Assembly (NCBI RefSeq): GCF_009914755.1 | Contig: NC_060933.1 | Source of the DNA: the human T2T-CHM13v2.0 reference genome, Homo sapiens | DNA length: 64,000 nt | Direction: 5' to 3' (one strand) | Part shown: positions 15,401-30,098 of the stretch, in pieces | Position numbering within the stretch: position 1 is the stretch's first letter | Layout of the letters: the number at the start of each line of letters is the position of its first letter | Made by a program: the position numbers and the translations under genes | The notes under the pieces: model-generated | The model's input: the letters and a program-made list of their open reading frames with translations, nothing else | Database searches by the model: none | Told to the model about the DNA's origin: nothing

Positions 15401-18400
15401 GGAATGGAATGGTATGCAATGGAATGGAATCATCCGGAATGGAATGGAATGGAATGGAAGGCAAAGCAATGGAATCAACTCGATTGCAATGGAATGGAAT
15501 GGAATGGAAAGGAATACATTGGAATCAACCCGAGTGGAATGGATTGGAAAGGACTGGAATGGAGTGGAATGGAATGGAATGGAATGGAATGGAATGGAAT
15601 GGAATGGAATCAACTCGATTGGAATGGAATGGAATGGAATGGAATGGAATGGAATGGAATGGAATGGAATTAACCCGAATAGAATGGAATGGAATGGAAT
15701 GGAACGGAACGGAACAGAATGGAATGGAATGGAATGGAATGGAATGGAATGGAAACAACCCGACTGCAGGGGAATGGAATGGAATGGAATGCAATGGAAT
15801 GGATTCAACTTGAATGGAATGGAAAGAATGGAATCAACACGAGTGGAATGGCATGGATTGAAATGGAATGGAATGGAATCAACCCGAGTACAGGGGAATG
15901 GAATGGAATGGAATGCAATGGAATGGAATCATCCGTAATGGAATGGAAAGGAAAGGAATGGAATGGAATGGAATGGAATGGAATGGAATGGAATCAACTC
16001 GATTGCAATCGAATGGAATGGAATGGAATTAACCCGAATAGAATGGAATGGAATGGAATGGAAAGGAACGGAACGGAATGAAATGGATTTGAATGGAATG
16101 CAATGGAATGGAATGGAACGGAAAGGAATGGAATGGAATGGAATGGAATGGAATCAACGCGAGTGCAGGGGAATGGAATGGAATGGAATGCAATGGAATG
16201 GAATCTTCCGGAATGGAATGGAATGGAACGGAATGGAATGAAATGCAATGGATTCAACTCGATTGCAACGGAATGGAATAGAATGGAATGGAATGGAATG
16301 GAATGGAATGGAATTAACCCGAATAGAATGGAATGGAATGGAATGGAACGGAATGGAACGGAATGGAATGGAATGGAATGGAATGGAATGGAATGGAATG
16401 GAATCAACGCGAGTGCAGGGGAATGGATTGGAACGGAATGCAATGGAATGGAATCATCCGGAATGGAATGGAATGGAATGCAATAGAATGGAATCAACCC
16501 GAGTGCAATGGAATGGAGTGGAATGGAATGGAATGGAATGGGATGGAACAACCCGAATGGAATGGAATGTAATGGAGAGTAAGGGAGTTGAATAGAATCA
16601 ATCCGAATGTAATGGAATGGAATGCAACCGAATGGAATGGAATGGAATGCAATGGAATGGAATCAACTCGAGTACAATGAAATGGAATGGAATGGAATGG
16701 AATGGAATGGAATCGTTCCGAGTGGAATAGGAGGGAATGTATTCGAGTGGAATGGAAAGGAATGGAATCAACCATAGTGGAATGGAAGGGAATGGAATGG
16801 ATTCGAAACTAATAGAATGGAATCAACCTGAGTGGAATGGAATGGAAAGGACTGGAATGGAAAGGAATGCAATGGAATGGAATGGAATGGAATCAACGCG
16901 AGTGCAGGGGAATGGAATGGAATCGAATGGAATAGAATGGAATGGAATGGAATCAACCCGAGTGCAGGGGAATGTAATGGAACGGAATGCAATGGAATGG
17001 AATCATCCGGAATGGAATGGAATGGAATGGAATGGAATCAACCCGAGTGCAATGGAATGGAGTGGAATGGAATGGAATGGAATGGAACAATCCGAATGGA
17101 ATGGAATGTAATGGAGAGTAAGGGAGTTGAAAAGAATCAATCCGAATGTAATGGAATAGAAGGGAATGGAATGGAATGGAATGGAATGGAATGGAATGCA
17201 ATGGAATGGAATCAACCCGAGTACAATGGAATGGAATGGAATGGAATGGAATGGAATGGAATGGAATGGAATGGAATGGAATGATACGGAATAGAATGGA
17301 ATGGAAAGAAATGGAATGGAATGGAATGGAATTCAATGGAATGGAATGGAATCGTTCCGAGTGGAATAGGAGGGAATGTATTCGAGTGGAATGGAAAGGA
17401 ATGGAATCAACAAGCGTGGAATGGAAGGGAATGGAATGGAATGGAAACTAATAGAATGGATTCAACCCGAGTGGAATGGAATGGAAAGGACTGGAATAGA
17501 ATGGAATGGAATGGAATCAATTCGATTGTAATGGAATGGAATGGAATGGAATTCAATGGAATGGAATGGAATGGAATCAACCTGAGTGCAATGGAATGGA
17601 GTGGAATGGAATGGAATGGAATGGAACAACCCGAATGGAATGGAATGTAATGGAGAGTAAGGGAGTTGAATAGAATCAATCCGAATGTAATGGAATGGAA
17701 TGGAACGGAATGGAATTGAATGGAATGGAATGGAATGCAATGGAATGGAATCAACCCGAGTGCAATGGAATGGAGTGGAATGGAATGGAATCAACTCGAT
17801 TGCAATCGAATGGAATGGAATGGAATTAACCCGAATAGAATGGAATGGAATGGAATGGAACGGTACGGAATGGAATGGAATGGAATGGAATGGAATGGAA
17901 TGGAATCAACGCGAGTGCAGGGGAATGGAATGGAATGGAATGCAATGGAATGGATTCAACTTGAATGGAATGGGAAGAATGGAATCAACACGAGTGGAAT
18001 GGCATGGATGCGAATGGAATGGAATGGAATCAACCCGAGTACAGGGGAATGGAATGGAATGGAATGCAATGGAATGGAATCATCCGTAATGGAATGGAAA
18101 GGAATGGAATGGAATGGAATGGAATGGAATAGAATGGAATGGAATCAACTCGATTGCAATCGAATGGAATGGAATGGAATTAACCCGAATAGAATGGAAT
18201 GGAATGGAATGGAACGGAACGGAACGGAATGGAATGGATTGGAATTGAATGGAATGGAATGGAATGGAACGGAAAGGAATGGAATGGAATGGAATGGAAT
18301 GGAATGGAATTGAATCAACGCGAGTGCAGGGGAATGGAATGGAATGGAATGCAATGGAATGGAATCTTCCGGAATGGAATGGAATGGAATGGAATGGAAT

Positions 18401-21400
18401 GGAATAAACCCGAGTGCAATGGAATGGAGTGGAATGGAATGGAATGGAATGGAACAACCCGAATTGAATGGAATGTAATGGAGAGCAAGGGAGTTGAATT
18501 GAATCAATCTGAATGTAATGGAATGGAATGGAACGGAATGGAATTGAATGGAATGGAATGGAATGGAATCAACCCGAGTGCAATGGAATGGAGAGGAATG
18601 GAATGGAATGGAATGGAAACTACCCGAATGGAATGGAATGTAATGGAGTGTAAGGGAATTGAATAGAATCAATCCGAATGTAATGGAATGGAATGGAACG
18701 CAATGGAATGGAATGGAATGGAATGGAATGGAATGGAATGCAATGTAATGGAATCAACCCGAGTGCAATCGAATGGAATCCAATGGAATGGAATGCAATG
18801 AAATGGATTCAACTTGAATGGAATGGAAAGAATGGAATCAACACGAGTGGAATGGCATGGATTGGAATGGAATGGAATGGAATCAACCCGAGTACAGGGG
18901 AATGGAATGGAATGGAATGCAATGGAATGGAATCATCCGTAATGGAATGGAAAGGAATGGAATGGAATGGAATGGAATGGAATGGAATGGAATCAACTCG
19001 ATTGCAATCGAATGGAATGGAATGGAATCAACCCGAATAGAATGGAATGGAATGGAATGGAACGGAACGGAATGGAATGGAATGGAATAGAATGGAATGG
19101 AACGGAACGGAACGGAATGGATGGAATGGAATGGAATGGAATGGAATGGAATCAACGCGCGTGCAGGGGAATGGAATGGAATGGAATGCAATGGAATGGA
19201 ATCTTCCGGAATGGAATGGAATGGAATGGAATGGAATGGAATGGAATGAAATGCAATGGATTCAACTCGATTGCAATGGAATGGAATAGAATGGAATGGA
19301 ATGGAATGGAATGGAATGGAATTAACCCGAATAGAATGGAATGGAATGGAATGGAACGGAATGGAACGGAATGGATGGAATGGAATGGAATGGAATGGAA
19401 TGGAATCAACGCGAGTGCAGGGGAATGGAAGGGAATGGAATGCAATGGAATGGAATCAACCCGAGTGCAATGGAAAGGAGAGGAATGCAATGGAATGGAA
19501 TGGAAACTACCCGAATGGAATGGAATGTAATGGAGTGTAAGGGAATTGAAAAGAATCAATCCGAATGTAATGGAATGGAATGGAACGGAATGGAATGGAA
19601 TGGAATGGAATGGAATCAACCCGAGTGCAATCGAATGAAATCGAATGGAATGGAATGCAATGGAATGGATTCAACTTGAATGGAATGGAAAGAATGGAAT
19701 CAACACGAGTGGAATGGCATGGATTGGAATGGTATGGAATGGAATCAACCCGAGTACAGGGGAATGGAATGGAATGGAATGCAATGGAATGGAATCATCC
19801 GTAATGGAATGGAAAGGAATGGAATGGAATGGAATGGAATGGAATGGAATGGAATCAACTCGATTGCAATCGAATGGAATGGAATGGAATTAACCCGAAT
19901 AGAATGGAATGGAATGGAATGGAACGGAACGGAATGGAATGGAATGGAATGGAATGGAACGGAACGGAACGGAATGGAATGGAATGGATTGGAATGCAAT
20001 GGAATCAACGCGAGTGCAGGGGAATGGAATGGAATGGAATGCAATGGAATGGAATCTTCCGGAATGGAATGGAATGGAATGGAATGGAATGAAATGCAAT
20101 GGATTCAACTCGATTACAATGGAATGGAATAGAATGGAATGGAATGGAATGGAATGGAATTAATCCGAATAGAATGGAATGGAATGGAATGGAACGGAAT
20201 GGAACGGAATGGAATGGAATGGAATGGAATGGTTTGGAATGGAATGGAATGGTACGGAATAGAATGGAATGGAACGAATTGTAATGGAATGGAATTGAAT
20301 GGAATGGAATGGAATGGAATGGAATCAACGCGAGTGCAGGGGAATGTAATGTAACGGAATGCAATGGAATGGAATCATCCGGAATGGAATGGAATGGAAT
20401 GGAATGGAATAGAATGGAATGGAATCAACCCGAGTGCAATGGAATGGAGTGGAAAGGAATGGAATGGAATGGAATGGAGTGGAAAGAATGGAATGGAATG
20501 GAATGGAATGGAATGGAATGTTAGGGAATGGAATCAACTCGATTGCAATCGAATGGAATGGAATGGAATTAACCCGAATAGAATGGAACGGAATGGAATG
20601 GAACGGAACGGAATGGAATGGAATGGAATGGAATGGAATGGAACGGAACGGAATGGAATGGAATGGAATGGAATGGAATGGAATGGAATCAACGCGAGTG
20701 CAGGGGAATGGAATGGAATGGAATGCAATGGAATGGAATCTTCCGGAATGGAATGGAATGGAATGGAATGGAATGAAATGCAATGGATTCAACTCGATTG
20801 CAATGGAATGGAATAGAATGGAATTGAATGGAATGGAATGGAATTAATTCGAATAGAATGGAATGGAATGGAATGGAACGGAATGGAACGGAATGGAATG
20901 GAATGGAATGGAATGGTATGGAATGGAATGGAATGGTACGGAATAGAATGGAATGGAACGAATTGTAATGGAATGGAATTGAATGGAATGGAATGGAATC
21001 AACGCGAGTGCAGGGGAATGTAATGGAACGGAATGCAATGGAATGGAATCATCCGGAATGGAATGGAATGGAATGGAATGGAATGGAATGGAATCAACCC
21101 GAGTGCAATGGAATGGAGTGGAATGGAATGGAATGGAATGGAACAACCCGAATGGAATGGAATGTAATGGAGAGTAAGGGAGTTGAATAGAATCAATCCG
21201 AATGTAATGGAATGGAATGCAACGGAATGGAATGGAATAGAATGGAATGCAATGCAATGGAATTGAATCAACCCGAGTACAATGGAATGGAATGGAATGG
21301 AATAGAATGGAATGGAATGGAATTGAATGATACGGAATAGAATGGAATGGAACGAAATGGAATGGAATGGAATGGAATGGAATGGAATGGAATGGAATGG

Positions 21401-24400
21401 TTCCGAGTGGAATAGGAGGGAATGTATTCGAGTGGAATGGAAAGGAATGGAATCAACCAGAGTGGAATGGAAGGGAATGGAATGGAATGGAAACTAATAG
21501 AATGGAATCAACCCGAGTGGAATGGAATGGAAAGGACTGGAATGGAATGGAATGGAATGGAATCAACTCGATTGTAATGGAATGGAATGGAATGGAATGG
21601 AATGGAATGGAATTAACCCGAATACAATGGAATGGAATGGAATGGAACGGAATGGAGTGGAATGGAATGGAATCAACCCGAGTGCAGGGGAATGGAATGG
21701 AATGGAATGCAATGGAATGCAATCATCCAGAATGGAATGGAATGGAGTGGAATGCAAAGCAATGGAATCAACTCGATTGCAATGGAATGGAATGGAATGG
21801 AAAGGAATATATTGGAATCAACCCGAGTGGAATGGAATGGAAAGGACTGGAATGGAGTGGAATGGAATGGAATGGACTGGAATGGAATGGAATGGAATCA
21901 ACTCGATTGGAATGGAATGGAATGGAATGGAATGGAATGGAGTTAACCCGAATAGAATGGTATGGAATGGAATGGAACGGAACGGAACGGAACGGAACGG
22001 AACGGAATGGAATGGAATGGAATGGAATGGAACGGAACGGAACGGAATGGAATGGAAAGGAATGGAATGGAAAGGAATCAACGTGAGTGCAGGGGAATGG
22101 AATGGAATGGAATGGAATGGAATGGAATGGAATGAAATGGAATGGAATCTTACGGAATGGAATGGAATGGAATGGATTAGAATGGAATGGAATGGAATGG
22201 AATGGAATCAACCCGAGTACAGGGGAATGGAATGGAATGTAATGCAATGGAATGGAATCATCCGTAATGGAATGTAAAGGAATGGAATGGAATGGAATGG
22301 AATGGAATGGAATGGAATGGAATGCAATGGATTCAACTCGATTACAATGAAATGGAATAGAATGGAATGGAATGGAATGGAATGGAATGGAATGGAATGG
22401 AATTAACCCGAATAGAATGGAATGGAATGGTATGGAACGGAACGGAACGGAACGGAACCGAATGGAATGGAATGGAATGGAATGGAATGGAATGGAATGG
22501 AATTGTATGGAATGGAATGGAATGGTACAGAATAGAATGGAATGGAAAGAATTGGAATGGAATGGAATCGAATGGAATGGAATCGAATGGAATGGAATGG
22601 AATGGAATGGAATGGAATGGAATGGAACCAACCCGAGTGCCATGGAATGGATTGGAATGGAATGGAATGGAATGGAACAATCCGAATGGAATGGAATGTA
22701 ATGGAGAGTAAGGGAATTGAATAGAATCAATCCGAATGTAATGGAATGGAATGGAACGGAATGGAATGGAATGGAATGGAATGGAATGCAATGGAATGGA
22801 ATCAACCCGAGTACAATGGAATGGAATGGAATGGAATGGAATGGAATGGAATGGAATGGAATGGAATGGAATGGAATCAACCCGACTGCAGGGGAATGGA
22901 ATGGAATGGAATGCAATGGAATGGATTCAACTTGAATGGAATGGAAAGAATGGAATCAACACGAGTGGAATGGCATGGATTGGAATGGAATGGAATGGAA
23001 TCAACCCGAGTACAGGGGAATGGAATGGAATGGAATGCAATGGAATGGAATCATCCGTAATGGAATGGAAAGGAATGGAATGGAATGGAATGGAATGGAA
23101 TGGAATGGAATGGAATCAACTCGATTGCAATCGAATGGAATGGAATGGAATTAACCGAATAGAATGGAATGGAATGGAATGGAAAGGAACGGAACTGAAC
23201 GGAATGGAATGGAATGGAAAGGAATGGAACGGAAAGGAAGGGAATGGAATGGAATAGAATGGAATGGAATGGAATGAACGCGAGTGCAGGGGAATGGAAT
23301 GGAATGGAATGCAATGGAATGGAATCTTCCGGAATGGAATGGAATGGAATGGAATGGAATCAACCCGAGTGCAATGGAATGGAGTGGAATGGAATGGAAT
23401 GGAATGGAACAACCCGAATGGAATGGAATGTAATGGAGAGTAAGTGAGTTGAATAGAATCAATCCGAATGAAATGGAATGGAATGGAACGGAAAGAAATT
23501 GAATGGAATGGAATGGAATGCAATGGAATGGAATCAACCCGAGTGCAATGGAAAGGAGAGGAATGGAATGGAATGGAATGGAATGGAATGGAATGGAATG
23601 GAATGCAATCGTTCCGAGTGGAATAGGAGGGATGTTTTCGAGTGGAATGGAAAGGAATGGAATCAACCAGAGTGGAAAGGAAGGGAATGGAATGGAATGG
23701 AAACTAATAGAATGGAATCAACACGAGTGGAATGGAATGGAAAGGACTGGAATGGAATGGAATGGAATGGAACCAACTCGATTGTAATGGAATGGAATGG
23801 AATGGAATGGAATGGAATGGAATGGAATGGAATTAACCCGAATACAATGGAATGGAATGGAATGGAACGGAATGGAGTGGAATGGAATGGAATCAACCCG
23901 AGTGCAGGGGAATGGAATGGAATGGAATGCAATGGAATGGAATCATCCGGAATGGAATGGAATGGAATGGAATGCAAAGCAATGGAATCAACTCGATTGC
24001 AATGGAATGGAATGGAATGGAAAGGAATACATTGGAATCAACCCGAGTGGAATGGAATGGAAAGGACTGGAATGGAGTGGAATGGAATCGAATGGATTGG
24101 AATGGAATCAACTCGATTGGAATGGAATGGAATGGAATGGAATGGAATGGAATTAACCCGAATAGAATGGAATGGAATGGAATGAAACGGAACGGAATGG
24201 AATGGAATGGAATGGAATGGAATGGAATGGAATGGAATGGAATGGAATCAACCCGACTGCAGGGGAATGGAATGGAATGGAATGCAATGGAAAGAATTCA
24301 ACTTGAATGGAATGGAAAGAATGGAATCAACACGAGTGGAATGGCATGGATTGGAATGGAATGGAATGGAATCAACCCGAGTACAGGGGAATGGAATGGA

Positions 24401-27400
24401 ATGGAATGCAATGGAATGGAATCATCCGTAATGGAATGGAAAGGAATGGAATGGAATGGAATGGAATGGAATGGAATGGAATGGAATCAACTCGATTGCA
24501 ATCGAATGGAATGGAATGGAATTAACCCGAATAGAATGGAATGGAATCGAATGGAACGGAACGGAACGGAACGGAACGGAGTGGAATGGAATGGAATGGA
24601 ATTGTATGGAATGGAATGGCATGGTACGGAATAGAATGGAATGGAAACAATTGGAATGGAATGGAATCGAATGGAATGGAATGGAATGGAATGGAATCAA
24701 CCCGAGTGCAGGGGAATGTAATGGAACGGAATGCAATGGAATGGAATCATCCGGAATGGAATGGAATGGAATTGAATGGAATGGAATGGAATGGAATCAA
24801 CCCGAGTGCAATGGAATGGAGTGGAATGGAATGGAATGGAATGGAACAACCCGAATGGAATGGAATGTAATGGAGAGTAAGGGAGTTGAATAGAATCAAT
24901 CCGAATGTAATGGAATGGAACGGAATGGAATGGAATGCAATGGAATGGAATCAACCCGAGTACAATGGAACGGAATGGAATGGAATGTAATGTAATAGAA
25001 TGGAATAGAATGGAATGGAATGGAATCAACCCGAGTGCAATGGAATGGAGAGGAATGGAATGGAATGGAATGGAAACTACCCGAATGGAATGGAATGTAA
25101 TGGAGTGTAAGGGAATTGAATAGAATCAATCCGAATGGAATGGAATGGAATGGAACGGAATGTAATGGAATGGAATGGAATGGAATGAACCCGAGTGCAG
25201 GGGAATGGAATGGAATGGAATGGAATGGAATGGAATGGAATGGTATGGAATGGAATGGAATGGTACGGAATAGAATGGAATGGAACGAATTGTAATGGAA
25301 TGGAATTGAATAATTGAATGGAATGGAATGGAATGGAATGGAATCAACGCGAGTGCAGGGGAATGTAATGGAACGGAATGCAATGGAATGGAATCATCCG
25401 GAATGGAATGGAATGGAATGCAATGGAATGGAATGGAATGGATTCAACCCGAGTGCAATGGAATGGAGTGAAATGGAATGGAATGGAAACAACCAGAATG
25501 GATTGGAATATAATGGAGTTTAAGGGAATTGAAAAGAATCAATCTGAATGTAATGAAATGGAATGGAACGGAATGGAATGGAATGGAATGGAATGGAATG
25601 CAATGGAATGGAATCAACCCGAGTGCAATCGAATGGAATCGAATGCAATGGAATGCAATGGAATGGATTCAACTTGAATGGAAAGGAAAGAATGGAATCA
25701 ACACGAGTGGAATGGCATGGATTGGAATGGAATGGAATGGAATCAACCTGAGTACAGGGGAATGGAATGGAATGGAATGCAATGGAATGGAATCATCCGT
25801 AATGGAATGGAAAGGAAAGGAATGGAATGGAATGGAATGGAATGGAATGGAATCAACTCGATTGCAATCGAATGGAATGGAATGGAATTAACCCGAATAG
25901 AATGGAATGGAATGGAATGGAATGGAATGGAATGGAATGGAACGGAAAGGAAGGGAATGGAATGGAATAGAATGGAATGGAATGGAATCAACGCGAGTGC
26001 AGGGGAATGGAATGGAATGGAATGCAATGGAATGGAATCTTCCGGAATGGAATGGAATGGAATGGAATGGAATGGAATGGAATTGAATGGAATCAACCAG
26101 AGTGCAATGGAATGGAGTGGAATGGAATGGAATGGAATGGAACAACCCGAATGGAATGGAATGTAATGGAGAGTAAGGGAGTTGAATAGAATCAATCCGA
26201 ATGTAATGGAATGGAATGGAACGGAATGGAATTGAATGGAATGGAATGGAATGCAATGGAATGGAATCAACCCGAGTGCAATGGAATGGAGAGGAATGGA
26301 ATGGAATGGAATTGAAACTACCCGAATGGAATGGAATGTAATGGAGTGTAAGGGAATTGAATAGAATCAATCCGAATGTAATGGAATGGAATGGAACGGA
26401 ATGGAATGGAATGGAATGGAATGGAATGGAATGCAATGGAATGGAATCAACCCGAGTGCAATCGAATGGAATCGAATGGAATGGAATGCAATGGAATGGA
26501 TTAAACTTGAATGGAATGGAAAGAATGGAATCAACACGAGTGGAATGGCATGGATTGGAATGGAATGGAATGGAATCAACCTGAGTACAGGGGAATGGAA
26601 TGGAATGGAATGCAATGGAATGGAATCATCCGAAATGGAATGGAAAGGAATGGAATGGAATGGAATGGAATGGAATGGAATGGAATCAACTCGATTGCAG
26701 TCGAATGGAATGGAATGGAATTAACCCGAATAGAATGGAATGGAATGGAATGGAACGGAACGGAATGGAATTGAATGGAATGGAATGGAATGGAACGGAA
26801 CGGAATGGAATGGAATGGAAAGGAATGGAATGGAATCCACGCGAGTGCAGGGGAATGGAATGGAATGGAATGCAATGGAATGGAATCTTCTGGAATGGAA
26901 TGGAATGGAATGGAATGAAATGCAATGGATTCAACTCGATTGCAATGGAATGGAATAGAATGGAATGGAATGGAATGGAATGGAATTAATCCGAATAGAA
27001 TGGAATGGAATGGAATGGAACGGAATGGAACGGAATGGAATGGAATGGAATGGAATGGAATGGTATGGAATGGAATGGAATGGAATGGAATGGTACGGAT
27101 TAGAATGGAATGGAACGAATTGTAATGGAATGGAATTGAATGGAATGGAATGGAATGGAATGGAATGGAATCAACTCGAGTGCAGGGGAATGTAATGTAA
27201 CGGAATGCAATGGAATGGAATCATCCGGAATGGAATGGAATGGAATGGAATGGAATAGAATGGAATGGAATCAACCCGAGTGCAATGGAATGGAGTGGAA
27301 AGGAATGGAATGGAATGGAATGGAATGGAATGGAATGTTAGGGAATGGAATCAACTCGATTGCAATCGAATGGAATGGAATGGAATTAACCCGAATAGAA

Positions 27401-27576
27401 TGGAACGGAATGGAATGGAACGGAACGGAATGGAATGGAATGGAATGGAATGGAATGGAATGGAATGGAACGGAACGGAATGGAATGGAATGGAATGGAA
27501 TGGAATGGAATGGAATCAACGCGAGTGCAGGGGAATGGAATGGAATGGAATGCAATGGAATGGAATCTTCCGGAAT
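6446..27576 (+). promoter_or_regulatory. Dispersed perfect heat-shock-element matches nGAAnnTTCnnGAAn (GGAATCTTCCGGAAT), 16 copies in the left arm
   Basis: 15-mers start at about 6446, 7299, 10775, 12441, 13289, 14142, 14402, 16200, 18361, 19198, 20051, 20735, 23321, 26034, 26882 (CTTCT variant) and 27562. The motif match is direct; HSF1 binding is inferred. Confidence 0.6.
19450..22860 (+). repeat. ~3.4 kb direct duplication, copy 1 (copy 2 at ~26270-29660)
   Basis: Shared rare variants GTTAGGGAA (20520 / 27337), CTTACGG (22149 / 28951), GGAATATATTGG, CAACGTGAGT and GTGCCATGG. Identical ORF translations at offset 6827 (20838/27665, 20983/27810, 21632/28459). Confidence 0.85.
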
Positions 27577-29660
27577 GGAATGGAATGGAATGGAATGGAA
27601 TGAAATGCAATGGATTCAACTCGATTGCAATGGAATGGAATAGAATGGAATTGAATGGAATGGAATGGAATTAATTCGAATAGAATGGAATGGAATGGAA
27701 TGGAACGGAATGGAACGGAATGGAATGGAATGGAATGGAATGGTATGGAATGGAATGGAATGGTACGGAATAGAATGGAATGGAACGAATTGTAATGGAA
27801 TGGAATTGAATGGAATGGAATGGAATCAACGCGAGTGCAGGGGAATGTAATGGAACGGAATGCAATGGAATGGAATCATCCGGAATGGAATGGAATGGAA
27901 TGGAATGGAATGGAATGGAATCAACCCGAGTGCAATGGAATGGAGTGGAATGGAATGGAATGGAATGGAACAACCCGAATGGAATGGAATGTAATGGAGA
28001 GTAAGGGAGTTGAATAGAATCAATCCGAATGTAATGGAATGGAATGCAACGGAATGGAATGGAATAGAATGGAATGGAATGCAATGGAATTGAATCAACC
28101 CGAGTACAATGGAATGGAATGGAATGGAATAGAATGGAATGGAATGGAATGGAATGATACGGAATAGAATGGAATGGAACGAAATGGAATGGAATGGAAT
28201 GGAATGGAATGGAATGGAAAGGAATGGAATGGTTCCGAGTGGAATAGGAGGGAATGTATTCGAGTGGAATGGAAAGGAATGGAATCAACCAGAGTGGAAT
28301 GGAAGGGAATGGAATGGAATGGAAACTAATAGAATGGAATCAACCCGAGTGGAATGGAATGGAAAGGACTGGAATGGAATGGAATGGAATGGAATCAACT
28401 CGATTGTAATGGAATGGAATGGAATGGAATGGAATGGAATTAACCCGAATACAATGGAATGGAATGGAATGGAACGGAATGGAGTGGAATGGAATGGAAT
28501 CAACCCGAGTGCAGGGGAATGGAATGGAATGGAATGCAATGGAATGCAATCATCCAGAATGGAATGGAATGGAGTGGAATGCAAAGCAATGGAATCAACT
28601 CGATTGCAATGGAATGGAATGGAATGGAAAGGAATATATTGGAATCAACCCGAGTGGAATGGAATGGAAAGGACTGGAATGGAGTGGAATGGAATGGAAT
28701 GGACTGGAATGGAATGGAATGGAATCAACTCGATTGGAATGGAATGGAATGGAATGGAATGGAATGGAGTTAACCCGAATAGAATGGTATGGAATGGAAT
28801 GGAACGGAACGGAACGGAACGGAACGGAATGGAATGGAATGGAATGGAATGGAACGGAACGGAACGGAATGGAATGGAAAGGAATGGAATGGAAAGGAAT
28901 CAACGTGAGTGCAGGGGAATGGAATGGAATGGAATGAAATGGAATGGAATCTTACGGAATGGAATGGAATGGAATGGATTAGAATGGAATGGAATGGAAT
29001 GGAATGGAATCAACCCGAGTACAGGGGAATGGAATGGAATGTAATGCAATGGAATGGAATCATCCGTAATGGAATGTAAAGGAATGGAATGGAATGGAAT
29101 GGAATGGAATGGAATGGAATGCAATGGATTCAACTCGATTACAATGAAATGGAATAGAATGGAATGGAATGGAATGGAATGGAATGGAATGGAATGGAAT
29201 TAACCCGAATAGAATGGAATGGAATGGTATGGAACGGAACGGAACGGAACGGAACCGAATGGAATGGAATGGAATGGAATGGAATGGAATGGAATGGAAT
29301 GGAATTGTATGGAATGGAATGGAATGGTACAGAATAGAATGGAATGGAAAGAATTGGAATGGAATGGAATCGAATGGAATGGAATCGAATGGAATGGAAT
29401 GGAATGGAATGGAATGGAATGGAATGGAACCAACCCGAGTGCCATGGAATGGATTGGAATGGAATGGAATGGAATGGAACAACCCGAATGGAATGGAATG
29501 TAATGGAGAGTAAGGGAATTGAATAGAATCAATCCGAATGTAATGGAATGGAATGGAACGGAATGGAATGGAATGGAATGGAATGGAATGCAATGGAATG
29601 GAATCAACCCGAGTACAATGGAATGGAATGGAATGGAATGGAATGGAATGGAATGGAATG
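26270..29660 (+). repeat. ~3.4 kb direct duplication, copy 2
   Basis: See copy 1; offset about 6.80-6.83 kb. Confidence 0.85.
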
Positions 29661-30098
29661 GAATCAACCCGAGTGCAATGGAATAGAGAGGAAAGGAATG
29701 GAATGGAATGGAAACTACCCGAATGGAATGGAATGTAATGAAGTGTAAGGGAATTGAATAGAATCAATCCGAATGGAATGGAATGTAATGGAACGGAATG
29801 TAATGTAATGGACTGCAATGGAATCAACCCGAGTGCAGGGGAATGGAATGGAATGGAATGCAATGGAATGGAATCACCCGGAATGGAATGGAATGGAATG
29901 GAATGGAATCAACCCGAGTGCAAAGGAATGGAGTGAAATGGAATGGAATGGAATGGAAACAACCAGAATGGATTGGAATATAATGGAGTGTAAGGGAATT
30001 GAATAGAATCAATCTGAATGTAATGAAATGGAATGGAACGGAAAGGAATGGAATGGAATGGAATGGAATGGAATGCAATGGAATGGAATCAACCCGAG

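Noticed and set aside
22928-25670. Two consecutive identical 1371-bp spacings of the CAACTTGAA marker
   Set aside because: The two intervals have different module content, so the equal length appears coincidental, helped by 5-bp quantisation.
19450-29660. DYZ1 (Yq12) because of the ~3.4 kb duplicated length
   Set aside because: The copies are ~6.8 kb apart rather than in a regular 3.4-3.6 kb tandem series, and the window shows no uniform periodicity of that size.
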